51,854 nt of DNA from Gammaproteobacteria bacterium (GTDB lineage Bacteria; Pseudomonadota; Gammaproteobacteria; Thiohalobacterales; Thiohalobacteraceae): contig JACREG010000040.1 of the NCBI GenBank assembly GCA_016218375.1, forward strand, positions 1 to 51,854. The letters run 5' to 3'. This document shows positions 1-7,878 of the stretch, piece by piece. The translations under genes were made by a program, and so were the position numbers. The notes below the pieces were generated by a model that saw nothing but the letters and a program-made list of their open reading frames with translations, was not told the origin of the DNA and did not search any database. How positions within the stretch are numbered: position 1 is the first letter of the stretch; each line of letters begins with the position of its first letter.

Positions 1-317
1 AGCAGCCTATCGACCTACGGCCTGGACGAGCCTGGATCCGACGCTACTCACAACAAGTCGAGAACCCTGGCCGATCGTTTTCCGATTACCGATGAAACCC
101 CACCGATCAGCGCGGATGATATAGAGATCCGCTACGGGGCGCCTCCGCAGAGGATGATAGAAATCTAGAAAGGCTTATCGCCAAACCGCGAGCAGCTGGC
201 ACCAAGCAAGGCGAGAAGCAGATATAGCAAAGGCATATCAATGTCCTCCCGGTAAGCTGGCATACCGAATGCCCCCGCCAGATTATCGCGAACAGATCCA
301 CGTTATGGAGATCAACT

Positions 318-587
318 ATGACGAAAGATGAAACTCGTTTACTTACTGCGCACTTGCCAATCCCGCTGGCGGATAGAGTTGACCAGTTGGCCGATCACCT
401 GGGGCGCTCGCGCGACTGGATAGTGAAACAAGCGCTCTCTGCCTGGATTGCCCAGGAGGAAGAACGCAACCGGCTAATGCATGAAGCATTGGCTGACGTG
501 GACGCCGGCCGCGTTATTGAGCACCAGGCTGTTCAGATATGGGCTAACAGCCTAAATACCGATAGACCACTCTCCGCGCCGCGTTGA
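318..587 (+). CDS. Ribbon-helix-helix (CopG/ParD-like) antitoxin
   Basis: 89-aa ORF with a GGAG-type SD just upstream. The N-terminus LPIPLADRVDQLADHLGRSRDWIVKQALSAWI fits an RHH strand-helix-helix pattern. Its stop overlaps (TGATG) a toxin-like start. Confidence 0.6.
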   Translation: MTKDETRLLTAHLPIPLADRVDQLADHLGRSRDWIVKQALSAWIAQEEERNRLMHEALADVDAGRVIEHQAVQIWANSLNTDRPLSAPR

Positions 588-618
588 TGGACTTGAATTG
601 GACTAATGGCGCCTTCCG
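504..618. repeat. Direct repeat copy 1 (antitoxin 3' end plus toxin 5' start)
   Basis: Aligns without gaps to 1603-1717. I counted 16 mismatches in 115 positions by eye. Confidence 0.7.
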
Positions 619-646
619 AAGCCAGACCTTGAATCCCCATAATTAG
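587..646 (+). pseudogene. Remnant of a ParE/RelE-type toxin gene (first ~19 codons only)
   Basis: ATG overlaps the antitoxin stop. It translates MDLNWTNGAFRSQTLNPHN then TAG. The N-terminus resembles ParE/RelE toxin starts but the ORF is far too short. Confidence 0.35.
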
Positions 647-703
647 TCCCAATGTGGATTAGGTTCTTAGCAAGAATGCTAAGCATCCACACAGGAGAAA
701 GCT

Positions 704-835
704 ATGGGAATCAAAACTGGTCCAAAAAGAATCGCCAAATCAACCGGAAAGCCAGATAGACGTCAACGGGACAATAAAAGCACTCCCGGGAATACGCCAT
801 CACTTAAGCCTCACAAGCACAAGAAAGGCGATTAA
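704..835 (+). CDS. Small, highly basic hypothetical protein (43 aa)
   Basis: AGGAGA SD 5-6 nt before the ATG. Translates MGIKTGPKRIAKSTGKPDRRQRDNKSTPGNTPSLKPHKHKKGD. Preceded by a 7-bp inverted repeat (cttagca/tgctaag) and followed by a strong hairpin. No family recognised. Confidence 0.3.
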   Translation: MGIKTGPKRIAKSTGKPDRRQRDNKSTPGNTPSLKPHKHKKGD

Positions 836-866
836 CACAGTCATAGTTGCACCTGACAATGAGAGT

Positions 867-898
867 AAGAGGGGCCGCCTAGACGGCGGCCCCTTCTT
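867..898. terminator. GC-rich hairpin, possible terminator
   Basis: aagaggggccgcc-taga-cggcggccccttctt, a ~13-bp stem with one bulge. No clear U-tract on either strand. Confidence 0.35.
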
Positions 899-1155
899 GC
901 GGCGTTATTGTCCGCTGTGGGCGGTCAGAACTAACCGCAGAATTATGTAATTGCAGATCGCCATTTGTGCAGCTCCTGGCCGATGTCGGCTTGCCGCACT
1001 CATCAGCGTCACCTGAATTAGTACTACCGCTATAGATCAAACAACAGACATCAATCTAAGAGTTGGTACTCGTGCTGCGTTCTTCAAGAACGGCCAAGTG
1101 GGGCGGGTGTCGGAGAGATTGTCGGGGCGCGGGGATTAGCGTTACGGCTACGTGA

Positions 1156-1425
1156 CTACTTCAGGCTCAGCCGCTTTTTCGCCTCGCTGAGAGATAGCTC
1201 GCGCCCCGCTTCCAGGTCCGCCAGTCCGGCGACCACGGCACGCATGAAGGCACGCTCTTCCTCGGCTTTCTCGTAATCGCTGACCGACTGCACGACAGCC
1301 ACGCCCCTGCCCCGACTGGTGAGCAAAACCGGCCGGTGAACCTCGGTCGTATGCTTCATCACGCGGCCGGGATTTACTTTCAGATCCGACAGGGAAACCA
1401 GATCTCCGTAGAATTTGATGGTCAT
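1156..1425 (-). CDS. Phd/YefM-family antitoxin (orphan, no toxin partner visible)
   Basis: Internal ATG at 1425 gives 89 aa: MTIKFYGDLVSLSDLKVNPGRVMKHTTEVHRPVLLTSRGRGVAVVQSVSDYEKAEEERAFM. This is a typical Phd/YefM N-terminal fold signature. The 250 nt downstream have no usable ORF. Confidence 0.7.
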   Translation of the reverse strand: MTIKFYGDLVSLSDLKVNPGRVMKHTTEVHRPVLLTSRGRGVAVVQSVSDYEKAEEERAFMRAVVAGLADLEAGRELSLSEAKKRLSLK

Positions 1426-1602
1426 GGCAGACTCTTGTTGGGTGTGTAAGCTGCGCCTAAAGTACTGCCTGTCTACAGGTCCTTCAACAACGCGGTTGTT
1501 TTGCGGAATCCTCCTTGCCCATGCCACCAATAGCAATGCCGGCAGACCACACAGTCGAGCGAATCGTTTCAGGCGGACAGATCGGTGTCAATCGCGCCGC
1601 CG

Positions 1603-1717
1603 GCCGGCCGCGTTATCGATCACCAGGCGGTTCAGAGATGGGCTGACAGCCTAAATACCGACGGATCGCTCTCTGTGCAGCGTTGATTGGCTGGAATTGG
1701 ACTAATGGCGCTTTCCG
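1603..1717. repeat. Direct repeat copy 2 (fragment of a paralogous antitoxin 3' end plus truncated toxin start)
   Basis: Encodes AGRVIDHQAVQRWADSLNTDGSLSVQR-stop, then LIGWNWTNGAF.... Compare AGRVIEHQAVQIWANSLNTDRPLSAPR-stop and MDLNWTNGAF in copy 1. Confidence 0.7.
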
Positions 1718-2027
1718 GCATGGTGCGCCGGCAGATGCCGTCATTCAATCTGCGACGAGCCTATAAAGTGTCGTTTGACGAATCAGGATGGCGGGATGCG
1801 GTTGATCAGAAATCACCACTCCCTACTTCGGGGTAGAACCCCGCGTTGATTCAGGAATACGGGAGGATTTCACGATATCCAGGGATATTGCAATCGATGC
1901 CATATGACCGCAGTCAGCGGCCGGGTCTTCACATCGCGGCGGGCGGGGACAAATGATATAGATCATGGTTGAAGCCGAGTTTCCTACTATTGTGGTCAAC
2001 GAGTTCTGGGTATCTGGGAGAGATCAG

Positions 2028-2360
2028 ATGGAACATCGGCATGGTGCCAGGAGCCGGGTTAACATCAGCGCCATCGCCGAACTGAACTCGGGCGGAACGG
2101 CGCCAGCCAGAATCGTCAATGTCAGCCTAGGCGGGCTGTTTCTCAAAGCATCACCCGAGCTGTTCTCGGCCTATTCGCCCCTAAGGGTGACGTACATGCT
2201 GCGGCGTGATAACAAGGAAGTATTATGCCGTTGGCGAGGTTTCGTTGTACGCATTGCATCTGATGGGGTAGGCGCCATGTTCGAAAGCGCGGACCCTATG
2301 GAACAAAGCGCGCTGTTGGCGCTCCTGGATACTGCCGAACAGAAGGCGAATGATCGGTGA
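2028..2360 (+). CDS. Single-domain PilZ protein (c-di-GMP receptor)
   Basis: RxxxR (RHGAR) followed by N-x-S-x-x-G (NVSLGG). GGGAGAG SD precedes the ATG at 2028. The ORF track's upstream ATG at 1965 has no SD. Confidence 0.7.
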   Translation: MEHRHGARSRVNISAIAELNSGGTAPARIVNVSLGGLFLKASPELFSAYSPLRVTYMLRRDNKEVLCRWRGFVVRIASDGVGAMFESADPMEQSALLALLDTAEQKANDR

Positions 2361-2389
2361 CGCGCGAGCGATATTTCGCCAATACCGTG

Positions 2390-4477
2390 TCAATGTGCCC
2401 GCAGCTGTGCCACTAACCCAGGAATGCTCTGCGGAGATGCCGGCCGGCTGAACAGAAAACCCTGGATGAGATTGCAGCCGAACTGCCGGAGCAGTTGGAG
2501 TTGTTCGTCCGATTCCACGCCCTCGGCCACGACGTCGAGGCCCAAGCTGTGGGCAAGCGCGATCACGGCCTTGACCAGCGATACGGCCCGTTGTTCGTGC
2601 GGTAGCCTGGAGACGAAGCTGTAGTCGATCTTCAGTACATCGATCGGTAGCTGGCTCAAGTAACTCAACGACGAATAGCCGGTTCCAAAGTCATCGAGAT
2701 AGACTCGCACCCCGAGATCCCGGATCTCGCGCAGCACGGCCGCGGCCCGCTGCAGATCCCGCATGACGGCGGTTTCCGTTACTTCGATGGCGAGTGCGTA
2801 GGAATCGTCCCGGTAGCCCGTGGCGGCCAGGATCTCACGCAGCTCCGACAGGAAATCCGCTCGCAGTAGCTGCGGTGCGGCCACATTGACGGAGACGACC
2901 AGGTCGTCCAGACCGGCGGCGCGCCAGGTAGCGATCTGCCTGCAGACCTGCTCCAGCACCCAGTGCCCGAGACCGTGGATAAGACCGCAGGTTTCCGCTA
3001 CGGGGATGAACTGTGCCGGGCCGACCTCGCCGAGGGTGTGATTGTGCCCGCGCAGCAAGGCCTCCGCGCCTGTTGGCCGCTGCGACTGGGCATCGACCTT
3101 GACTTGTTAGACCACCGACAGCTCCTGCCGCTCGAGCGCGTGCTGGAGTTCATGTTCCAACTGCAACTGCGCGTGCGCGACGGCGTTGAGGTTGGGGGAA
3201 TAAAACTCGCAGGTCCCGGGGGCAACGGACGTGGTATGAAGTGCCAGCGCCGCATGCTGTAACAGCGTTTCCGCGTTGTCGGCGTCGACAGGAAAGAGCG
3301 CCGCCCCGCCACGCATCGGCAACGGCATGGGCAGCGGGTCGTCGTCCACCCTCACCGTCGGTCCACGCAGTAACCGTTCCGACAGGGCAACCACATCCTC
3401 GCTATGCGCCATATCCGCCAGGACGACGGTGAACTCGTCCTGTCCGGTGCGGGCCACCGTGTCGCCGTCCCTGACCGTGGCGGCGAGATACTCTGCAAGC
3501 GCTTTTCTCAGCTGATCACCCACATGCCGCCCACGAACGTCCGCTACGCGCGTCAGCTCGGGGCAATCGAGGACGATCACTGCCACCGCGCGCTGGTCGT
3601 GCTGGGCGCGGGAAAGGGTTTGCTCCAGGTGATCGGCGAGCAGTGCGGCATTGGGCAGTCCCGTGAGCGCGTCGTAATAGGCGAGGGTTTGCAGATTGGT
3701 GGATTTGTCGATGGTTTCGAGACCCAGGCCGATGTCCGCGGCGATCTCCTGCAGCAGAACCGTTTCTAGCGCATCGAAGGCCTGCTCGTTTCCGCTGTAG
3801 AGTTCCAGCCATCCGCGGGTCGGTTGGCGGTTCGACCAGTGGGGTATCGGCAAGGCCGCGGCCGCGTGCACGCCCTGCCGGCTGGCCGTCTTGCTGAAAG
3901 CGGCGGGCAATGCGGTCTCCGCCAGCCGGTTGATCCAAAGCGGGCCTGTCGGTTCGGGCTCGGGCAGCATCGCCACCCAGGCTGGCAGCAGGCTGCCTAC
4001 CCCGGCCTGCGCCTCGACGCGCAACCCGGTACCGGACACCTCGCGCAGCAGAATGCGCGAACCCAGAAATTGCCCCTTGGTCACAGCCAGGTTGCACGCG
4101 GTCTGGAGCAGCTCCTCGCGCGCGCGGACCCGGACGATGGCATTGTTGATGCCACTCAGGAATTGATAGGTTCGGTTGAGTCGGCTGACCTTGGCCCGCT
4201 CACGTTCGAGCTGGCGTAGATGACGGAGCAATAGCCACAGGAGCAGCAAGCCCGTGCAGGCAACGTAGGCCCAGCCCTGGTAGGTCTGGAGGCGAAGCAT
4301 TGTGCCCGGGTTGTCGATCAGCAGCGCCAGGACTCGATCGGAGAACAGAATCCACAGCGCCCCGACGGCGGCGTAGATCCCCGTGATGCGCCAGGCGATT
4401 CGCCGGGCTGACGATGTCACATGCTGTGTGTGCGAGTCTCCTGGCCCCATCCCTCTCGCTGAGCGCGATGCACTCAT
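2390..4477 (-). pseudogene. Membrane-anchored GAF-GGDEF-EAL protein interrupted by a single in-frame TAA
   Basis: ORFs 3107-4477 (2 TM, GAF-like, GGDEF with RDGD I-site and degenerate GQDEF) and 2390-3058 (EAL: EALLRG, DDFGTGYSS, KIDYSF, EGVES, QGFLFSRP) are in the same frame. The junction reads ...ERQELSVV-TAA-QVKVDAQSQRPTGAEALLRG, so the stop sits where the Tyr of the usual YQP motif is expected. Confidence 0.75.
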
Positions 4478-4608
4478 CCTTATCTGGTGATCTCTAAACC
4501 GGTAAAAACCTGCCGTAAACTACCACATTTTATGGGGTAGGCATCAAATGTGCCAACTAAGTGGTTAGCCAGGACAACACGGCATTCGCCTCACGGTGGC
4601 GGATCTCG

Positions 4609-5901
4609 CTAACGCAGATTCTGGCCCAGGGTGTCAGCCCAGGTGATGCTGTCCAGATAGATCCGTGCGATCGCATCCGCCGCTAGGGTGCCGAACTTCA
4701 CCTGATCCCACTGGCCGGATTCATATGCGACCGCGCAGGACAGGGCCGCGCCGAGTTGGCCGCGTCGTTCGAGCAGCGCGCTGCTGACGGCATCACTGAA
4801 CGGCAACGACTTGAGAATGCGCTCCATGGGGATGCCCAGGATGGCGTCGACCACGGAGAACATACCGACCGTGAAATAGGTATCGACGTCCCGGATGCCG
4901 GCATGCGCGGCCAGCAGTTCGCACATCTTGGCGCGTGCGAGCGCGGTGGTCATCAAAGCTGTCGGGGTGTCCTCGGCACCGCGCAGCACCAGCAGGGTCA
5001 CCCAGGTGCGCAGGACCCGGGTGCCGATGTAGACCAGCGCCTGGTGGATCGACTCGATCTTGCCCGGCAGGGCGAAAAAAGCCGAATTGATGTAACGCAG
5101 CAATTTGAGGCTAAGCGACAGGTCCTGGCTGACCAGCGTTTCCAGCTCGGCGGCCTGGATCTCCGGATCTTGGAGTTTACTCAGCAGTTCCAGAATGGTG
5201 AGTTTGTTGTCGGGGATGCGCTGACCGGACAGCACCTTGGGGACGCACAGGAAATACCCCTGGAAATAGTCGAAGCCCAGATCCCGGCAGCGTTCGAATT
5301 CTTCCTGAGTCTCGATCTTTTCCGCCACCAGCTTGACCGGATAGGCCCGGAAGCGTTCCACGTGGGCGGCAATCGTGTCGAGGCTCGCGGCCCGAATGTC
5401 GATCTTGATGATCTGAGCATGCGGCAGCAGACCGCACAGGCGCTGAGTGAATAAACAGTCGTCCAGCGCGAGGGTGTAGCCCTGTGCGGACAGGGCTTTG
5501 ATGCCCGCGATCAGTTCTTCGTCGATCGGGATGTCTTCCAGCACCTCCAGCACGACGCGTTCCTTGGGAAAGGGAATCGGGTATTCGCCGGTCAGGAATT
5601 TGCGCGTCAGATTGAGAAAGGCCAGGTGGTTGCCAACCACCTGGTCGAGACCCATTTCAAGGAAGGCATTGATAGCGACGGTCGAGGTGGCCTGTTCGCC
5701 GTCGAACTGGCCGGCTGCGTTGTGCTCGCTGCTGCGATAGAGCAGCTCGTATCCGTAGATCCCGAGGCTGCGATCGAAGATGCCCTGGCGGCCGATGAAA
5801 ATATTAGACGGGGGCAGGACGGATGCTGTGGGGGTGCCGGGCACCTCGCACGGACCGGATGAACGGCAGGACGGTTTGCGTGGACCCGTACCCATGGGCA
5901 A
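4609..5901 (-). CDS. EAL-like plus HDOD domain signalling protein (YuxH/COG3434 type)
   Basis: N-terminal EAL-like domain (GYELLYR, LEVLE, ALDD, KIDI, AEKIET, FQGYF), then HDOD-like LSLSLKLLRYINSAFFALPGKIESIHQALVYIG. Start codon uncertain. Confidence 0.7.
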   Translation of the reverse strand: MPMGTGPRKPSCRSSGPCEVPGTPTASVLPPSNIFIGRQGIFDRSLGIYGYELLYRSSEHNAAGQFDGEQATSTVAINAFLEMGLDQVVGNHLAFLNLTRKFLTGEYPIPFPKERVVLEVLEDIPIDEELIAGIKALSAQGYTLALDDCLFTQRLCGLLPHAQIIKIDIRAASLDTIAAHVERFRAYPVKLVAEKIETQEEFERCRDLGFDYFQGYFLCVPKVLSGQRIPDNKLTILELLSKLQDPEIQAAELETLVSQDLSLSLKLLRYINSAFFALPGKIESIHQALVYIGTRVLRTWVTLLVLRGAEDTPTALMTTALARAKMCELLAAHAGIRDVDTYFTVGMFSVVDAILGIPMERILKSLPFSDAVSSALLERRGQLGAALSCAVAYESGQWDQVKFGTLAADAIARIYLDSITWADTLGQNLR

Positions 5902-6300
5902 ACCCCTATGGTGCGTTGATGTTGTTGTCAGTTGGGGTGTAGCAAATTGTGATGGTTTTCACGCTTTATCGGCGCGTTGGTCAGTTCCTTAAGGATTGCG
6001 CGGCATGAGCCGCCCTCAGGCATTCAGAGTGAATCAGAACAGCCCGGTGATGAATACACTCTAGTATTCATGCCCGGGCATGTTACCGATATCTGCAGCA
6101 AGCCAGCAACTTGGTCGCGACGTAATTCCTCCAGATCAGAGGACCATCAAAAATACGAGCGACAGTGCGCTGATGCCGCCGCAAATCGTCGTAATGCGAA
6201 GCGTGAACCTCCACTGCTGTCTGCGAGATTTACGGAATTCTGCGATTAGTTGTCGCTTTGGACTGCACACTACGATCGAACGAAGCGAGCGATCGCATGG

Positions 6301-6726
6301 TCATAATTTGCGTCGTACCTGGCGGAAGCGGCAGAGGCTTGTGGATCTGGTCGACGACGCTTGCGAGCCGGGCAATTGTTCCAGTTCTCGCATGACCAGC
6401 GGCGAGCGGCTGGACCTGCGCTTGACCAGCATCTCTTCAAGGACGCGTACGAAGGACCATAGAGCAACCTCCGGATTCGGGTCCCAGGTGAAATCGGGCG
6501 ACACAAAAACCATTTCGTGCGTTCGCAAGTCCATCAGGAGTTTGAAGCTATGTCCGCTGTATTCTCTCAGTGTGATGTTGACCTCCGTACCCTGTTTGCG
6601 TACGAGTGTGCACTTCTGATAACGCCGCGAGCGGTCGTCGTCGATGCGCACGATGAGGCGTGTCGACTCGGGGATGCTGAACGCGCTGACAGTGGGGACG
6701 ATAATGCTGACGTTAGGCCGGTTCAT
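6301..6726 (-). CDS. Hypothetical protein (141 aa), no recognisable domain
   Basis: AAGGAG SD before the ATG at 6726 (MNRPNVSIIVPTV...). Lower-GC region, immediately downstream of the 6800-7648 ORF on the same strand. Confidence 0.45.
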   Translation of the reverse strand: MNRPNVSIIVPTVSAFSIPESTRLIVRIDDDRSRRYQKCTLVRKQGTEVNITLREYSGHSFKLLMDLRTHEMVFVSPDFTWDPNPEVALWSFVRVLEEMLVKRRSSRSPLVMRELEQLPGSQASSTRSTSLCRFRQVRRKL

Positions 6727-6799
6727 CGGTATCTCCTTTAATATCTGAACACAATCCATGTTATTCCGCCGGCGGATTTTGCAAGTCACTCCCTCTCTA

Positions 6800-7648
6800 T
6801 CAGCGCATATTTTCTAGGTAGAGCGCGCCGCTCGAAGCTGTTCGAGCGGCGTCTATCTGTGCGAGATCCAGGGCGACGAGTGCACCGATCAAATCGCATC
6901 GTGCGACCTTCGTCTTCTTGGCGGCGCAATAGTGTTCGAGATGCGTGCGCCAGTACGCCTGTGCCGGTTGATCTTGGAATTGAAGCCTGCGTAGCGGCTC
7001 TGCGACCATCGCGAAGAATCGTTCCGGCAGGCGCTTCAACACGGGATGTTGATTCTTGCCATGGGCGGCGACCGCCCAGGCGCGCATGGCCGAAAGATAA
7101 AGCCACGCATCCTGCATGAGCTCGGATTCCCGCAAGACGATCAAGAGGGAGGTCATGGCATCGAGTCCATGGGGCTGGTAGCCGATCAGCCGCGTGGACT
7201 CGACCAACGTGGCAAAGGGATCGATCCGGTTGCGCCAGAACGGCCCCTTCGCCTGACGCATGTTCGAGACGAACATGTCCCTGAATAACTTGCCGAGCCA
7301 CAGCGCGCTATCCAGCAGTTCGCTCCGCGTGAAGTCGCCGTTCTCGATGAGAATCCACAAAGGGCTGTCGAAGTAACGTCGTGTGCCCGGCAGCTTGTCG
7401 TTGATGCGGACAATCCGATCCTCAGATGGACTGACCAGACCGCGGACATAACGTGACCATAAGCCGTTCCAGCGCCCATCTCGGCCGAGCAGCGGTTCCA
7501 GTTCTCTGGGCGACTTTCCGGCCGCAGTGCAAACGCTCTGTGCCCACACCACCGTGCGGATATCTTCGAGCGCCGGTCGTTGCGGCCGTCCGCGCCGGCG
7601 GGTATCGGTGATTTTCGGGGACATTTTTATATAAATATGTTTTTGCAC
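6800..7648 (-). CDS. Hypothetical protein (~274-282 aa) with an N-terminal AT-hook-like RRRGRPQRP segment
   Basis: Long ORF in a lower-GC region, divergent from tnsAB. Likely start is ATG at 7624 (MSPKITDTRRRGRPQRP) or GTG at 7648. No family recognised. Confidence 0.5.
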   Translation of the reverse strand: MQKHIYIKMSPKITDTRRRGRPQRPALEDIRTVVWAQSVCTAAGKSPRELEPLLGRDGRWNGLWSRYVRGLVSPSEDRIVRINDKLPGTRRYFDSPLWILIENGDFTRSELLDSALWLGKLFRDMFVSNMRQAKGPFWRNRIDPFATLVESTRLIGYQPHGLDAMTSLLIVLRESELMQDAWLYLSAMRAWAVAAHGKNQHPVLKRLPERFFAMVAEPLRRLQFQDQPAQAYWRTHLEHYCAAKKTKVARCDLIGALVALDLAQIDAARTASSGALYLENMR

Positions 7649-7878
7649 AGTAGGATAAACACGAAAATAACATAACGTGTAGCCGTCTCCAACTGGCTGT
7701 TATCGTGGAGCTATGTCCACTGAGCACAGCATGCGGAGTCCCAACGGCGGTCGATGTATCGCTCTGTCAGGGACCCGGTATCCAGGCACCGAACATCGGG
7801 TGAGCTTGTTCCCGCCCTACCCCAAGACCCCGTCCGGCTCCGTGGCAGTCCGAGTTATTTTGAGGAGGAGACAGAGCT

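Noticed and set aside
107-301. 64-aa minus-strand ORF at the window start. There is also an open plus-strand frame at 1-168 (...LADRFPITDETPPISADDIEIRYGAPPQRMIEI-stop).
   Set aside because: Neither has a recognisable family, and the minus ORF has no SD. The plus frame could be the 3' end of a gene cut by the window edge, but I cannot support it.
900-1155. Possible toxin gene downstream of the Phd antitoxin.
   Set aside because: All three minus-strand frames hit stops within ~35 codons or lack a start codon. Only a 7-bp palindrome (cgttctt-c-aagaacg) is present.
2390-3058. The EAL ORF as an independent gene starting at the track's M (TTG at 3058).
   Set aside because: That start falls inside the EALLR motif and would delete the catalytic Glu. 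Continuity of frame with the upstream GGDEF ORF favours a single disrupted gene.
5977-6619. Plus-strand ORFs 5977-6249 and 6080-6619, and a ~56-codon minus-strand frame at about 6085-6250 in the non-coding gap.
   Set aside because: None has an SD or recognisable motifs. The 6080-6619 ORF overlaps the better-supported 141-aa gene on the opposite strand.
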